The notes: a model not told the origin generated them from the sequence alone. 64,000 bases of DNA from Candidatus Sulfomarinibacteraceae bacterium (GCA_963796455.1 CAWCLO010000004.1:352001-416000), one strand, 5' to 3'. Shown: positions 1 through 10,193, counted from the first letter of the stretch. Numbers and translations: made by a program.

Positions 1-1
1 G

Positions 2-823
2 AAGACCGGTAAGAATTTCGCCGAAATCGTCTATGCCAACGAACATGCATGGCGGAACTCGGTGGAGATCGACGCCGGGATCGAACGAATTCGCAGCACC
101 ATGAATCAGTGCATCGAGCGCGGATTTCGTGAGCGCGGGGAGCTTCCCGGGTCCCTCGGGATCAGACGGCGGGCGCCGGCACTGCACGATACGCTGACCA
201 GTCAGGATGAAGGGGCGTACGGCGATCCGCTTGGCGCGTTGGATTGGATCGTCCTCTATGCACTTTCGGTCAACGAGGAGAACGCTGCCGGATCGCGGGT
301 CGTCACTGCGCCGACCAACGGTGCGGCCGGTATTGTTCCGGCCTGTCTCCGATTCCTCGAGCGTTTTGTCAAGAGACCGGGCCCGACCGCCGTTCGTGAC
401 TATCTTTTGACCGCCGGTGCGATCGGCATGCTCTACAAGACCAACGCCTCGATCTCGGGAGCGGAGGTCGGGTGCCAGGGTGAGGTGGGCGTCGCGTGTT
501 CGATGGCCGCCGCTGGTCTGGCTTCCGCGGCCGGTGGGACTCCCGAACAGATTGAAAACGCTGCGGAAATCGGGATGGAACACAATCTCGGGCTGACCTG
601 CGATCCGATCGGCGGTCTGGTCCAGATCCCGTGCATCGAACGCAACGCGATGGCGGCGGTCAAGGCGGTGAACGCGGCCCGCATCGCTCTGCGCGGCGAT
701 GGCAGCGGGGTTGTGTCGCTCGACCAGGTCATCCGGACGATGCGTCAGACGGGGCTCGACATGCAATCGAAATACAAGGAGACCTCTCAGGGGGGACTCG
801 CGATCAATATTACGGAGTGTTAA
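2..823 (+). CDS. sdaA: L-serine dehydratase (Fe-S dependent), 5'-truncated by window edge
   Basis: Motifs [66 protein letters not shown]; frame open from position 2. Confidence 0.96.
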   Translation, partial: KTGKNFAEIVYANEHAWRNSVEIDAGIERIRSTMNQCIERGFRERGELPGSLGIRRRAPALHDTLTSQDEGAYGDPLGALDWIVLYALSVNEENAAGSRVVTAPTNGAAGIVPACLRFLERFVKRPGPTAVRDYLLTAGAIGMLYKTNASISGAEVGCQGEVGVACSMAAAGLASAAGGTPEQIENAAEIGMEHNLGLTCDPIGGLVQIPCIERNAMAAVKAVNAARIALRGDGSGVVSLDQVIRTMRQTGLDMQSKYKETSQGGLAINITEC

Positions 824-840
824 TTGCTGCAGCGGCCATA

Positions 841-849
841 TGCTAAGAT
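841..849 (+). promoter_or_regulatory. Candidate extended -10 promoter (TGCTAAGAT) for the rsgA-prs unit
   Basis: TGnTAnnnT match ending 8 nt before ATG ATG at 858. Confidence 0.35.
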
Positions 850-857
850 CCAACCCT

Positions 858-890
858 ATGATGCGCCATATCGCCGCAACTGTCGCCTGA
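858..890 (+). CDS. Candidate leader peptide MMRHIAATVA upstream of rsgA
   Basis: 10-codon ORF directly after the extended -10 motif, ending 112 nt before the rsgA start. Confidence 0.3.
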   Translation: MMRHIAATVA

Positions 891-1002
891 GGGGCGATCA
901 CTCGCCGGGCCGACCGGTTTTGAGAGACACCGCCTCGAATTCCACTGGTCAGAAGAATTGATCACGGACCGGGTGCGTCCACGCGCCCCTTAGCCAGGGA
1001 GA

Positions 1003-2070
1003 ATGACAGTGAAACTTCAGCGATATGGTTTGAATGAGAGATTCCAAGCACTCTTCGATTCGATCAACAACGAAGACCTCGTGCCCGCGCGGGTCGTTCG
1101 AGTCGACCGCGGTGCGGCCATCATCGAGACGGGTGAAGCAACGATCAGGGTGACGGTCGCCGGCAAATTGAGCTCGGATGGCGAATCCGGCTCGCCGGCG
1201 GTCGGCGATTGGGTCGGTGTGCAACGCAGCGGAGACTCGGGTGTTATCCGGATCATCCTGCCCCGGGCTGGCGCGATGGCCCGGCGGCGCCCGGGATCGG
1301 CAGAGGTCGAACAGGTTGTGGCAGCCAACGTCGATATGGTTCTTGTTGTCGAGTCCCTCGAACGGGGACCGAACCCGCGCCGGATCGAGCGGGCGGCCGC
1401 ACTCGCCTGGGACGGAGGGGCCTCACCGGTGGTCGTGCTGACAAAGGCCGACACCTGCGCAGATCTCCAGGCCGCGGTCGAAAAGGCCAGGGAGGGTGCG
1501 CCGTACTCGGAGATTCTTCCGGTTTCGGCCCTTTCGGGTGACGGGATGGATTCGGTGGCTGATTTCTTGACGGCGGGATCGACATCGGTTTTGCTCGGGC
1601 CGTCAGGAGTTGGCAAATCAACACTCATCAATTGCCTGCTCGGTGAGGACCGGTTGGCGGTGGGGGAGGTCAGGACCGGAGATCACAAAGGCCGCCACAC
1701 CACCACTCGCCGCGAATTGGTGGTGCTGCCCGGAGGAGGGTGTGTGATCGATACGCCGGGGATTCGGGAGCTCGGGTTGTGGCTCGACCAGCAGGCGGTT
1801 TCTAACGTCTTTCCCGAAATCGAGCAGGCGGCGCTGGGATGTCGATTTGGCGACTGTCGTCACGAGTCTGAACCGGGCTGCGCGGTGCGGGAGGCGGCTG
1901 AAAGTGGTGTCCTCGACCCACGGCGGGTGGAGAGCTTTCTCAGACTGCGGCGGGAGGTGGAAAACCTCGATCTGCGCCGCGACGAATCCAAGAAATACGA
2001 GATTCGAGCTCGTGAACGAAGTTTCGGCAGGATGGTCCGGCAGGCGGTCAAGCTCAAGAAGAATCGTTAG
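1003..2070 (+). CDS. rsgA: Ribosome small subunit-dependent GTPase A
   Basis: PAVGDWV, AANVD, circularly permuted G motifs TKAD / GPSGVGKS / GRHTTT / DTPG, Zn site CRFGDCRHESEPGC; GGGAGA RBS. Confidence 0.96.
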   Translation: MTVKLQRYGLNERFQALFDSINNEDLVPARVVRVDRGAAIIETGEATIRVTVAGKLSSDGESGSPAVGDWVGVQRSGDSGVIRIILPRAGAMARRRPGSAEVEQVVAANVDMVLVVESLERGPNPRRIERAAALAWDGGASPVVVLTKADTCADLQAAVEKAREGAPYSEILPVSALSGDGMDSVADFLTAGSTSVLLGPSGVGKSTLINCLLGEDRLAVGEVRTGDHKGRHTTTRRELVVLPGGGCVIDTPGIRELGLWLDQQAVSNVFPEIEQAALGCRFGDCRHESEPGCAVREAAESGVLDPRRVESFLRLRREVENLDLRRDESKKYEIRARERSFGRMVRQAVKLKKNR

Positions 2071-2088
2071 GCGGGTTAGGATGGAACC

Positions 2089-3006
2089 ATGAATGATCCA
2101 ATTCTGGTTTTTTCGACGCCGTCGTACGGCTACCTTGGCGAGGCGGTCTGCGCCTTCGATCATTGTGAGCCCGGTCGGGTCGAGAACCGCCGCTTTCCGG
2201 ACGGAGAGCACTACATCCGGTTCCTGACCGAGTGTGTCGATCGCGACGTGGTCGTGCTGGGAGGCACGGTCACGGATTCGGACACCCTGATGGTCTACGA
2301 CCTCGCGTGCGGGACAGTCGGTCATGGTGCGCGAAGTCTCACGCTGCTGGTTCCTTTTTTCGGTTATCAGACGATGGAGCGGCGGGAAAAAGCGGGGGAG
2401 GTGGTCACTGCGAAAACCCGTGCCCGGCTCCTGTCATCTATTCCTCCGGCCGGTCTCGGGAATCGCGTCGTGATGGTCGATCTCCACAGCGCCGGGATTC
2501 CGCATTATTTCTCGGGAGAGGTCCGCCCCGTCCATCTCACGGCGAGGTCCCTGATGCTCGAGGAGATTCGGCGGATCGGTGGTTCGAGTTTTGTCCTGGG
2601 TGCAACCGACGCCGGTCGCGCCAAGTGGGTTGAGTCCCTCGCGAATGATCTCGGTGTTGAGGGTGCGTTCATTTTCAAAAGACGGCATGACGATGGTCGA
2701 ACCGAGGCGGCGGCGATGACTGCCGATGTGGAAGGCCGGCGGGTCGTGATCTACGACGACATGATCCGGACCGGTGGATCACTCATCGCAGCTGCGAGGG
2801 CGTTTCACGAGGCCGGAGCGCTTTCCACAGCCGCCGTCGCAACCCATGGCGTTTTACCGGGCGACTCGCTCCAGAGGCTGGTTGACTCGGGGCTCTTCTC
2901 CGACATCATCTGCACCGACAGTCATCCGCGGGCGGTTGAACTTGCGGATGATCCCCACCTCAAGGTGGTTTCGATTGCCGAGCTCCTCGCCGGATTTCTC
3001 AGGTAG
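2089..3006 (+). CDS. prs: Ribose-phosphate pyrophosphokinase
   Basis: FPDGE, PFFGY, DLHS, DAG, PRPP-binding VVIYDDMIRTGGS, ATHGV. Confidence 0.93.
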   Translation: MNDPILVFSTPSYGYLGEAVCAFDHCEPGRVENRRFPDGEHYIRFLTECVDRDVVVLGGTVTDSDTLMVYDLACGTVGHGARSLTLLVPFFGYQTMERREKAGEVVTAKTRARLLSSIPPAGLGNRVVMVDLHSAGIPHYFSGEVRPVHLTARSLMLEEIRRIGGSSFVLGATDAGRAKWVESLANDLGVEGAFIFKRRHDDGRTEAAAMTADVEGRRVVIYDDMIRTGGSLIAAARAFHEAGALSTAAVATHGVLPGDSLQRLVDSGLFSDIICTDSHPRAVELADDPHLKVVSIAELLAGFLR

Positions 3007-3023
3007 CTGCAACAGAATAATCG

Positions 3024-3327
3024 TCTGCCCAAGATGGAGTCGCGGACAGTGATCAGGGACAGCGACAGGGACCGGCGGACAGCGTCAGCCAACAGGAGTC
3101 AGCGGCGGTTTGCAGCGACAGCGAACGGAATTCTACTTTTTTGGGACCCCGGCTTTTGTGGTGCGGCCGTCTCGGCCGCACGGCGTGCAGGCGAGACGCC
3201 TGCACCACAATGGCTGTTCCTTCTGTTGAACGACCCGGAGGTGGCCACGTCGCCGACTGGACTCCTGACCGCTGCCGCTGCAATTCGGGCACGGACGCGG
3301 ACGCGGACACGGGCGCGGGACAACGGC
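3024..3327 (+). repeat. Modular REP-containing intergenic repeat, copy 1
   Basis: CAGCGN array; inverted REP pair at 3158-3181 and 3185-3208; GCTGTTCCTTCTGTTGAACGACCCGGAG; CGCTG units; GCAATTCGGGCACGGACGCGGA tail; collinear with copies at 53345-53705 and 58448-58782. Confidence 0.9.
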
Positions 3328-3365
3328 GAACCGGGTCTATCTGTGCAATCTGCGGGCGGTGATTC

Positions 3366-4334
3366 TCAGCCCTCGGCCTGCTTTTCGAGTTCGTCGAATT
3401 TGGCGGCGTCGGTGACCGCCACATCCACAAGGCTCTTCGGGATATTGCTCTGCTCGCACATCTGCCGGATCTCGTCGGGATCTTCCGAAAACTCCATGAT
3501 CTCGCGGATCGATTCGATGTGTTCGAGCATCTCGTCCGGAGGGATACTGTCGAGGGACGGTCCCTCGGAAGCAGCCTTCTTGGCGGCGGCGGCTTCTTCC
3601 TCGAGCCGTTTCTTTTCAGCGATCTCCGCTTCCATCGACAAGTTGGCGGCGTCGATGGCCGATTGTTCGATTCCGGCGAAACTGATGATCGCATTTTCAG
3701 CGACATCGTTCTGGATCAGGTGCTTGGCCTTTTCTTCGTTTGATTTGCCTTCGACCGCTTCGAGCAGACCTTTGATACGCTCGATCTCGGCGTGTTCGGC
3801 GGCAATGACCTGCTTGATCTCACCGAGCTTCGCGTCGGTGATCTCGAGCTCTTCGACGATGCTCGATTCGGCAACCGAGTGTTCGATCAGGTATCGGATC
3901 CCCTGATCGGCGTCGAGAGCTTTCGCCGCGGCAACCAGGAGGTCGAGTTTTTTCTTGTCCACGACAGCCAGGACGTCAGACCGTCGGTCGAGATCCTGCA
4001 TGCTGGGCCAGGTTTCGCCGAGGCCACCGACCACCTTCAACGTGGCCTTCAGGGTGTCCGATACGTCATCGAGGGTCAGGGCTTCGACGGCGCCTGAGAA
4101 ATCGGTCAACATCGAGCTGCCGACCTCGATCCTCGCGTCGATTGCTCGCCGGAGCAGGAGAAGATTTCCGCCATGCCGGGAAACGTTGTAGTCCGCGGCA
4201 TCCAATGCGCGGGCAACTTTTTGAACTGTCGCCTCTTTTTTTCCTGCATCGAGATCCGATGCATCGAGCTTCTGGATCTCTTCTTCGATCGAAAGCCAGA
4301 GAGGCGTCATGTTGGTCAGAATGTCAGTTGTCAT
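3366..4334 (-). CDS. Hypothetical acidic helical protein with an internal 57-aa duplication
   Basis: Long ORF; AGGAG RBS before ATG at 4334; no recognised family. Confidence 0.8.
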   Translation of the reverse strand: MTTDILTNMTPLWLSIEEEIQKLDASDLDAGKKEATVQKVARALDAADYNVSRHGGNLLLLRRAIDARIEVGSSMLTDFSGAVEALTLDDVSDTLKATLKVVGGLGETWPSMQDLDRRSDVLAVVDKKKLDLLVAAAKALDADQGIRYLIEHSVAESSIVEELEITDAKLGEIKQVIAAEHAEIERIKGLLEAVEGKSNEEKAKHLIQNDVAENAIISFAGIEQSAIDAANLSMEAEIAEKKRLEEEAAAAKKAASEGPSLDSIPPDEMLEHIESIREIMEFSEDPDEIRQMCEQSNIPKSLVDVAVTDAAKFDELEKQAEG

Positions 4335-4580
4335 GTTCTCTTCTCCTGTCCCCGAATATTGATCAAAACGACCCAATCAAAGTCGCGACGCAAGAGAGGA
4401 TACCAGTCTTTTTTGCAGACGGAAGACCCTGTTGTGAGGATCACGGTCTGAAGTCGAATACGTGGTCTGTTACTCAATCTCATAATGGCCCGGATTGAGG
4501 CTCCTGCAGGGATCGGGACCGTGATTCCGGTCACTCCTCCGGCCGGCGATCGTCGAATACCGTTGAATGGGAGGCTCCTG

Positions 4581-6053
4581 ATGTCGTTCGGACAAAAGGT
4601 CTTTGTTTTTGCCGTGGTCTGCGTCGGGTCCTTCCAGACCGTACAGGGAACGGCCGCGGATTACGTGGTTGGCGACCTCGCGGGGATGCTTCCGGGAATT
4701 TCCCAGGTTCCGTGGGAAAGTCTCGGTCCGGGTGACCGGGTATTGATCCATTGGCGGGCCGATCCCTACCAGGAGAAGTGGGTGATCTGTCGCCGCGGTT
4801 CGGCCGCTGAACCGATCGTGATTCGAGGCATCGCAGGGCCGGAGGGACAGTTGCCGGTGATCGATGGCCGCGATGCCGTGACGCGTACTGAATTGAGTTA
4901 TTGGAACGAATCGCGCGGGGTCATCAAGATCGGTGGCGCCAGCGTGCCGTCGGACACCCTTCCGGCCCACATCGTGATCGAAAACCTGGAGATCCGTTCG
5001 GGCCGGCCGCCGTACTCGTTCAGCAATGATTCCGGTGGCTCAGAGACCTACGCCGACAATGCGGCATCAATCTATGTTGAAAAGGCCGAGCATCTGGTGA
5101 TTCGGAATTGTGTGCTCCTTGATTCGGGCAACGGGCTCTTCATCGGCGCCTTTGACGGCCAGACGCGAGACATCCTGATCGAACACAATTGGATCTATGA
5201 CAATGGTATCGAGGGCAGTTACTACCAGCACAATACCTACACGGCCGCTCTCGGGATCATCTACCAATTCAACAGGTTCGGGCGGTTGCGACAGGATTGC
5301 GGAGGCAACAACCTCAAGGATCGTTCGGCGGGTCTCGTCGTCAGATACAACTGGATCGAGGACGGAAACCGCCAACTCGATCTGGTGGATGCTGAGGACA
5401 GCACGGTATTGGTCAATCACCCGGACTACCGCCAGACCTTTGTTTACGGCAACGTATTGATCGAATCCGACGGTGAGGGCAATAGTCAGATGCTCCACTA
5501 CGGTGGCGACAGCGGCACTACCGCCGACTACCGGAAAGGTGTGCTCTTCTTCCACAACAACACCGTCATTTCGACTCGAAACGGCAACACGACTCTGATG
5601 CGCCTCTCCACGGGTGACGAGCGCGCCGATGTCCGCAACAACGTGATCTTCACGACTACCGATGGTTGGCGACTTGCTCTCCTGAGCGAGTCGGGTGTGA
5701 TGGATCTCCGCAGCAACTGGATCGTGACCGACTGGGTGGAGAGCCACTCATCCGGTACGGCTTCGGTGGTGGATCATGGCAGCAATATCGGTGGAGCCGA
5801 CCCCGGTTTCGAGGATTTTGTCGGTGGCGACTATTCACCGACCGCCGAGAGTAGCTGCCGGGACGCCGCCGGCGTGCTTGGCGGCCAGGCCCTGCCCGAG
5901 CACGCACCGGCCTTTCAGTACCTGCGGCATCAGCGGGCCACCTATCGCCCGGTGGCGGCTTCGGGAGATCTCGGCGCCATCGAGGCCGGGGTGGTTTTTG
6001 GCGACGGCTTCGAAAGTGGAGCCGCGGGCTGGTGGTCCTCGACTTCACCGTGA
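4581..6053 (+). CDS. Exported right-handed beta-helix (pectate-lyase-like) protein with C-terminal FGDGFESG tail
   Basis: Signal-peptide-like N-terminus; PGD-x-V-x-I, beta-helix repeats (IVIENLEI, LVIRNC, ILIEHNWIYDNG, VVRYNWIEDG, FVYGNVLI); GGAGG RBS. Confidence 0.8.
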   Translation: MSFGQKVFVFAVVCVGSFQTVQGTAADYVVGDLAGMLPGISQVPWESLGPGDRVLIHWRADPYQEKWVICRRGSAAEPIVIRGIAGPEGQLPVIDGRDAVTRTELSYWNESRGVIKIGGASVPSDTLPAHIVIENLEIRSGRPPYSFSNDSGGSETYADNAASIYVEKAEHLVIRNCVLLDSGNGLFIGAFDGQTRDILIEHNWIYDNGIEGSYYQHNTYTAALGIIYQFNRFGRLRQDCGGNNLKDRSAGLVVRYNWIEDGNRQLDLVDAEDSTVLVNHPDYRQTFVYGNVLIESDGEGNSQMLHYGGDSGTTADYRKGVLFFHNNTVISTRNGNTTLMRLSTGDERADVRNNVIFTTTDGWRLALLSESGVMDLRSNWIVTDWVESHSSGTASVVDHGSNIGGADPGFEDFVGGDYSPTAESSCRDAAGVLGGQALPEHAPAFQYLRHQRATYRPVAASGDLGAIEAGVVFGDGFESGAAGWWSSTSP

Positions 6054-6177
6054 CGAGCCGTGGCTGACAAACAGAACGGGGTGCTCCGTTGGTCTCGAGT
6101 GCTCCGGGGTGGATGGACCCGCTAAGATACAGGCTCGGACCGATGTCGGTCGGCGGGGATCTGTGAGGTACATCATC

Positions 6178-7146
6178 ATGAGTGTGACCGCGTTCATCAA
6201 TCAGCATTATCGTCACTTCAACGCCGCCGCTCTGGTGGACGCGGCCCGTGCCTATGTCGCGCACATCGAAGACGGCGGGAGGATGTTTCTGGCGATGGCC
6301 GGCGCCATGAGCACGGCCGAGATCGGTCGTTCACTGGCGGAGATGATTCGACAGGGCAAAGTGCACGGCATCAGCTGTACCGGCGCCAACCTCGAGGAAG
6401 ACGTTTTCAATCTGGTCGCTCATGACCATTATGTGAGGGTCCCAAAGTATCGGGACCTGACGGCCGCCGATGAAAAGGCGCTGCTCGATCGTCAGCTCAA
6501 CCGGGTCACCGACACCTGCATCCCGGAGGAGGAGGCGATGCGGCGGATCGAGGACATATTGAAAGGGCTGTGGCTTCGGGCCGAAGAACGGGGACACCGC
6601 TTCTTTCCACATCAGTTTTTTTATCAGGCGCTCAATGAGGGGCTGCTTGCCGAGAGCTATCAGATTGACCCCGCCAACTCGTGGATGGCGGCAGCGGCGG
6701 AAGTCGACCTGCCGATCTTCGTCCCGGGCTGGGAGGACTCGACCCTCGGCAATATTTTCGCCGCCAGCGTGATTGAAGGAACGGTCTCGAGTGCGGCGGT
6801 CGTCAAGAACGGCATCGAGTACATGGTCGAGCTTGCCCGTTGGTATGAAGAGATCACGGATGACGCGGGCCTCGGTTTTTTCCAGATCGGGGGCGGTATC
6901 GCGGGCGATTTTCCGATCTGCGTGGTGCCGATGCTGCATCAAGATCTTCGGCGACTCGATGCCCCGCTGTGGAGCTATTTCTGCCAGATTTCGGACTCCA
7001 CCACGAGCTACGGTTCATACTCCGGCGCAGTCCCGAACGAAAAGATCACCTGGGGCAAGCTCGGTGTCGACACCCCTTCCTTCATTGTCGAATCGGATGC
7101 CAGCATCGTCGCGCCACTGATGTTTGCCTACGTTCTGGGTTGGTGA
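6178..7146 (+). CDS. Deoxyhypusine synthase-like protein (probable homospermidine synthase)
   Basis: HFNAA, AGAMSTAE, CTGANLEED, NRVTDTCIPEE, GGGIAGDFPICVVP, YSGAVPNEKITWGK. Confidence 0.9.
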   Translation: MSVTAFINQHYRHFNAAALVDAARAYVAHIEDGGRMFLAMAGAMSTAEIGRSLAEMIRQGKVHGISCTGANLEEDVFNLVAHDHYVRVPKYRDLTAADEKALLDRQLNRVTDTCIPEEEAMRRIEDILKGLWLRAEERGHRFFPHQFFYQALNEGLLAESYQIDPANSWMAAAAEVDLPIFVPGWEDSTLGNIFAASVIEGTVSSAAVVKNGIEYMVELARWYEEITDDAGLGFFQIGGGIAGDFPICVVPMLHQDLRRLDAPLWSYFCQISDSTTSYGSYSGAVPNEKITWGKLGVDTPSFIVESDASIVAPLMFAYVLGW

Positions 7147-8009
7147 GCAAAGATCATCGACAGGAATCGATAAATGAGTTTGGCGGCGAGAAACTCGCTT
7201 GCCCAGTGGCCCTCGGTCGGCAAAAGCTCGACGACATCGAATCCGATGACTCGCCGCCTCTGCGCCACCGCCTCGAGGAGAAGGATGACCTGGTACCAGC
7301 CGAGCCCGCCCGGCTCCGGCGTTCCCGTGGCCGGCATGATGGAAGGATCGAGTCCATCGAGGTCGATGGTCACCCAGACCGGGTCGCTGAGTCGGGAAAC
7401 GGCCCGGTCGACCCATTCGGTATCGGCACCCGCGGCGGTGATGTCGTGCGCCCAGAAAACTCGATCGAGATCGAGGCCAGCCATCTCCGAGAGGTCCACC
7501 GCGCGGATCCCGACCTGCACCACCGGACACCATTCCCTGGCTCGAGCCATCACACAGGCGTGGTTGAATGGTGAGCCTTGATACTCCTCGCGGGTATCGG
7601 CGTGGGCGTCGATTTGCAGGACCGATGTGCCGGGGTAAGTGCTCGCGGCAGCCCTGATCGCTCCGATCGACACCGAGTGCTCACCACCGAGGACAACCGG
7701 GAGGGCGCCGCGTTCCAAAGTCTGGCGGATCTGTTGGTCGACCAGGTCGGCGAGTCTCTCCGGTCCCTCCTCGCACTCGATGGGTGTGAGGGTGGCGATG
7801 CCCTCTCGACACACTTCGATCCCGGTCGGAATGTCGTACCACTCCACCTGGTGCGAGGCTTCGATGATCGCCTGCGGGCCGCCATCGGCGCCCTTCTTCC
7901 AGGTGCTGGTCCGGTCGTAGGGAACCGGAATGATGACGATTCTTGCGGTTTCCGGATTCGAGTCTTCCGGCCCGAGGTCGCCAAATCCGCGATCGCTCGA
8001 TTGCTTCAT
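7128..8009 (-). CDS. speB: Agmatinase
   Basis: LGGEHS, QIDAHAD, TIDLDGLDP, ATGTPEPGG; start overlaps speA stop (ATGA). Confidence 0.93.
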   Translation of the reverse strand: MKQSSDRGFGDLGPEDSNPETARIVIIPVPYDRTSTWKKGADGGPQAIIEASHQVEWYDIPTGIEVCREGIATLTPIECEEGPERLADLVDQQIRQTLERGALPVVLGGEHSVSIGAIRAAASTYPGTSVLQIDAHADTREEYQGSPFNHACVMARAREWCPVVQVGIRAVDLSEMAGLDLDRVFWAHDITAAGADTEWVDRAVSRLSDPVWVTIDLDGLDPSIMPATGTPEPGGLGWYQVILLLEAVAQRRRVIGFDVVELLPTEGHWASEFLAAKLIYRFLSMIFAHQPRT

Positions 8010-9979
8010 GTCGGCAATTCCAGATAGGTCGAACCGTTGAGGCCCTGTTCGTACGCATCGAGAATCGAACGGGAATCCGCCACGGTCATTAGGTTGTTCC
8101 GCACTGCCCGCTCGCAGTCCCGGCGGATCGCCTGAGAAAGCTCACGTGGATCGTACTCCAGGTACCCGAGGACCTCTCTCACCGTGTCGCCGATGACCAC
8201 CTCGTCGATTTCCCAGCGGCCCTCGGCGTCGGCTCGGATGTGGACGAGATTGGTGTCCCCGAAGAGGTTGTGGAAATCGCCGAGGGTCTCCTGGTACGCG
8301 CCGACCAGGAACACGGCGAGATAGTAGGGCTTGCCCTCCTCGAGGGCGTGAACCGGCAGCACCGGTGCGACGTCTTCGATGGGGTCCACAAATCGGTCGA
8401 TCTTGCCATCGGAGTCGCAGGTGATGTCGGCCAGCGTCGCGCGGCGCGCCGGTTCTTCATCGAGCCGGTGGATCGGCATGATCGGAAAGACCTGTTCGAT
8501 CGCCCAGGAATCGGGGAGCGACTGGAAGACTGAGAGATTGCAGAAATAGGTATCGGAGAGCTTGAGTTCGAGCTCCGCCAGCTCTTCGGGCAGGGGATCG
8601 AGATGTTTCGCCCTCGTGATGATCTCGATACAGGTCGACCAGAAGATCTTGTCCGCTAGACCGCGCTTGGCGAGATCGAGAATTCCGACGTTGAAATGAG
8701 TCAGGGCTTCATGACGGGCCTGCTGGGCATCGTGGTAGGCCTCCAAAAGTGTGTCGTCGGTGACCGACTCATAGGCTTGCAGCAGTTCCCTGAGGACCCG
8801 CGGGTTTCCTTCCTCGGTGACCGCGGCGCGGGCTTCGTCGAGGTCCAGGCGCCACCGGTCAAGGCGGTTGCAGCCCAGAACGTCAAAGACGAGCATGCTG
8901 TGGTGACCGACGACGGCGCGACCCGCTTCGGTGACGATTGTCGGATGGTCGACACCGCTCTCGTCGCAGACCGTCATGATCCGGTTGACGACTGTCGCCG
9001 CGTACTCATCGAGGGAGTAGTTGACCGAAAAATCGGAGTTGGTCTGGCTGCCGTCATAATCGATTCCGAGGCCGCCGCCGACGTCGATGTACTTCAGATT
9101 GGCGCCCATGCCGGCCAGCTCGACAAAGACCCTCGAAACTTCCCCAAGCCCGGTGTTGATGACCTGGATGTCAGTGATCTGTGAACCCATGTGACAGTGG
9201 AGCAGTTTCAAACAGTCGAGCATATCGGCCGCTCGGAGCCGTGAGACGGCCTCGAGGACTCCGGGAATTGTGAGCCCGAATTTGGCCTTGTCGCCGGTTG
9301 AATCGTGCCATTTGCCCGTTGATCGGGTATCGAGCTTGAGACGGATCCCGATCCGCGGTCGGACCTCCATGGTGGAGGCCAGGGCGATGATCAGATCGAG
9401 CTCGTCGATGTTCTCGACCACGCTTACGATTCTCCGACCGAGTTTGGTTGCCAGCAGGATGTGGCGAATATATCGGGCCTCTTTGAATCCGTTGCATATG
9501 ATCAGGCGATCGAAACAGTTCTCCGTCAATCCCATCACGGCCAGCAACTCGGGTTTCGATCCCACCTCGAGGCCGAAATCAATGTCCTGGCCGAAGCTGT
9601 TCACATCCTTGACCAGGTGGCGATGCTGGTTGACCTTGATGGGATAAACGCCGCTATAACCGGCGCGATATCCGTTTTCTTCGATGGCATTGTGAAAAGC
9701 GGTTGTGAGATCCCGCATCCGGCGATTCACGAGTTCGGGAAAACCGATGACCACGGGCGAGCCGATGCCCCGTTCCACGAGACCACTGACTACCTCGTGA
9801 AGATCGATGCCGATCTTCGACGCGCTGTCGGTGAGCACCTGCAGGGTCCCATTTGGACCGATCTCGAAGAAGCCGGAACCCCAATCGGCAATCCTGTAGA
9901 TCTCGGCTGAATCGTTACAACTCCAAGCTGCGGAGACCGGTTCGGCGGTTTGATTCGGGTCTTTGCTGGTCATGGTCAT
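8006..9979 (-). CDS. speA: Biosynthetic arginine decarboxylase
   Basis: YPIKVNQ (PLP lysine), GLEVGSKPEL, HCHMGSQI, DVGGGLGIDYDG, FQSLPDSW, DITCDSDG, GAYQETLG. Confidence 0.96.
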   Translation of the reverse strand: MTMTSKDPNQTAEPVSAAWSCNDSAEIYRIADWGSGFFEIGPNGTLQVLTDSASKIGIDLHEVVSGLVERGIGSPVVIGFPELVNRRMRDLTTAFHNAIEENGYRAGYSGVYPIKVNQHRHLVKDVNSFGQDIDFGLEVGSKPELLAVMGLTENCFDRLIICNGFKEARYIRHILLATKLGRRIVSVVENIDELDLIIALASTMEVRPRIGIRLKLDTRSTGKWHDSTGDKAKFGLTIPGVLEAVSRLRAADMLDCLKLLHCHMGSQITDIQVINTGLGEVSRVFVELAGMGANLKYIDVGGGLGIDYDGSQTNSDFSVNYSLDEYAATVVNRIMTVCDESGVDHPTIVTEAGRAVVGHHSMLVFDVLGCNRLDRWRLDLDEARAAVTEEGNPRVLRELLQAYESVTDDTLLEAYHDAQQARHEALTHFNVGILDLAKRGLADKIFWSTCIEIITRAKHLDPLPEELAELELKLSDTYFCNLSVFQSLPDSWAIEQVFPIMPIHRLDEEPARRATLADITCDSDGKIDRFVDPIEDVAPVLPVHALEEGKPYYLAVFLVGAYQETLGDFHNLFGDTNLVHIRADAEGRWEIDEVVIGDTVREVLGYLEYDPRELSQAIRRDCERAVRNNLMTVADSRSILDAYEQGLNGSTYLELPT

Positions 9980-10193
9980 CTCCGCATACGGGATTGGGTG
10001 AGCACTCGGCCCTCGAACCTGCCGTTCGGGCCACTCATCATACAGTTTGGAAGCTGAAAATCCGCCCCTCGGGTTCGGTTGATCTGCCGCAATAGAAAAA
10101 TGCTGAAATGACCGGGAAATGGCAACTCGAAGGGGCGAGGAACGTAAAAGACCGAAAGGCCTCAGCTCCTGTGGCCCGTTTTCGTGGGGGTAG

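Noticed and set aside
3043..3125. CAGCGN arrays as a possible CRISPR array
   Set aside because: Units are 6-7 nt and degenerate, with no unique spacers and no cas genes in the window
3034..3906. 290-aa + strand ORF
   Set aside because: Translation of the repeat element plus the antisense of the 3366-4334 gene; low complexity
5776..6177. N-terminal extension of the DHS-like ORF
   Set aside because: Overlaps the upstream gene; recognisable homology begins at ATG 6178
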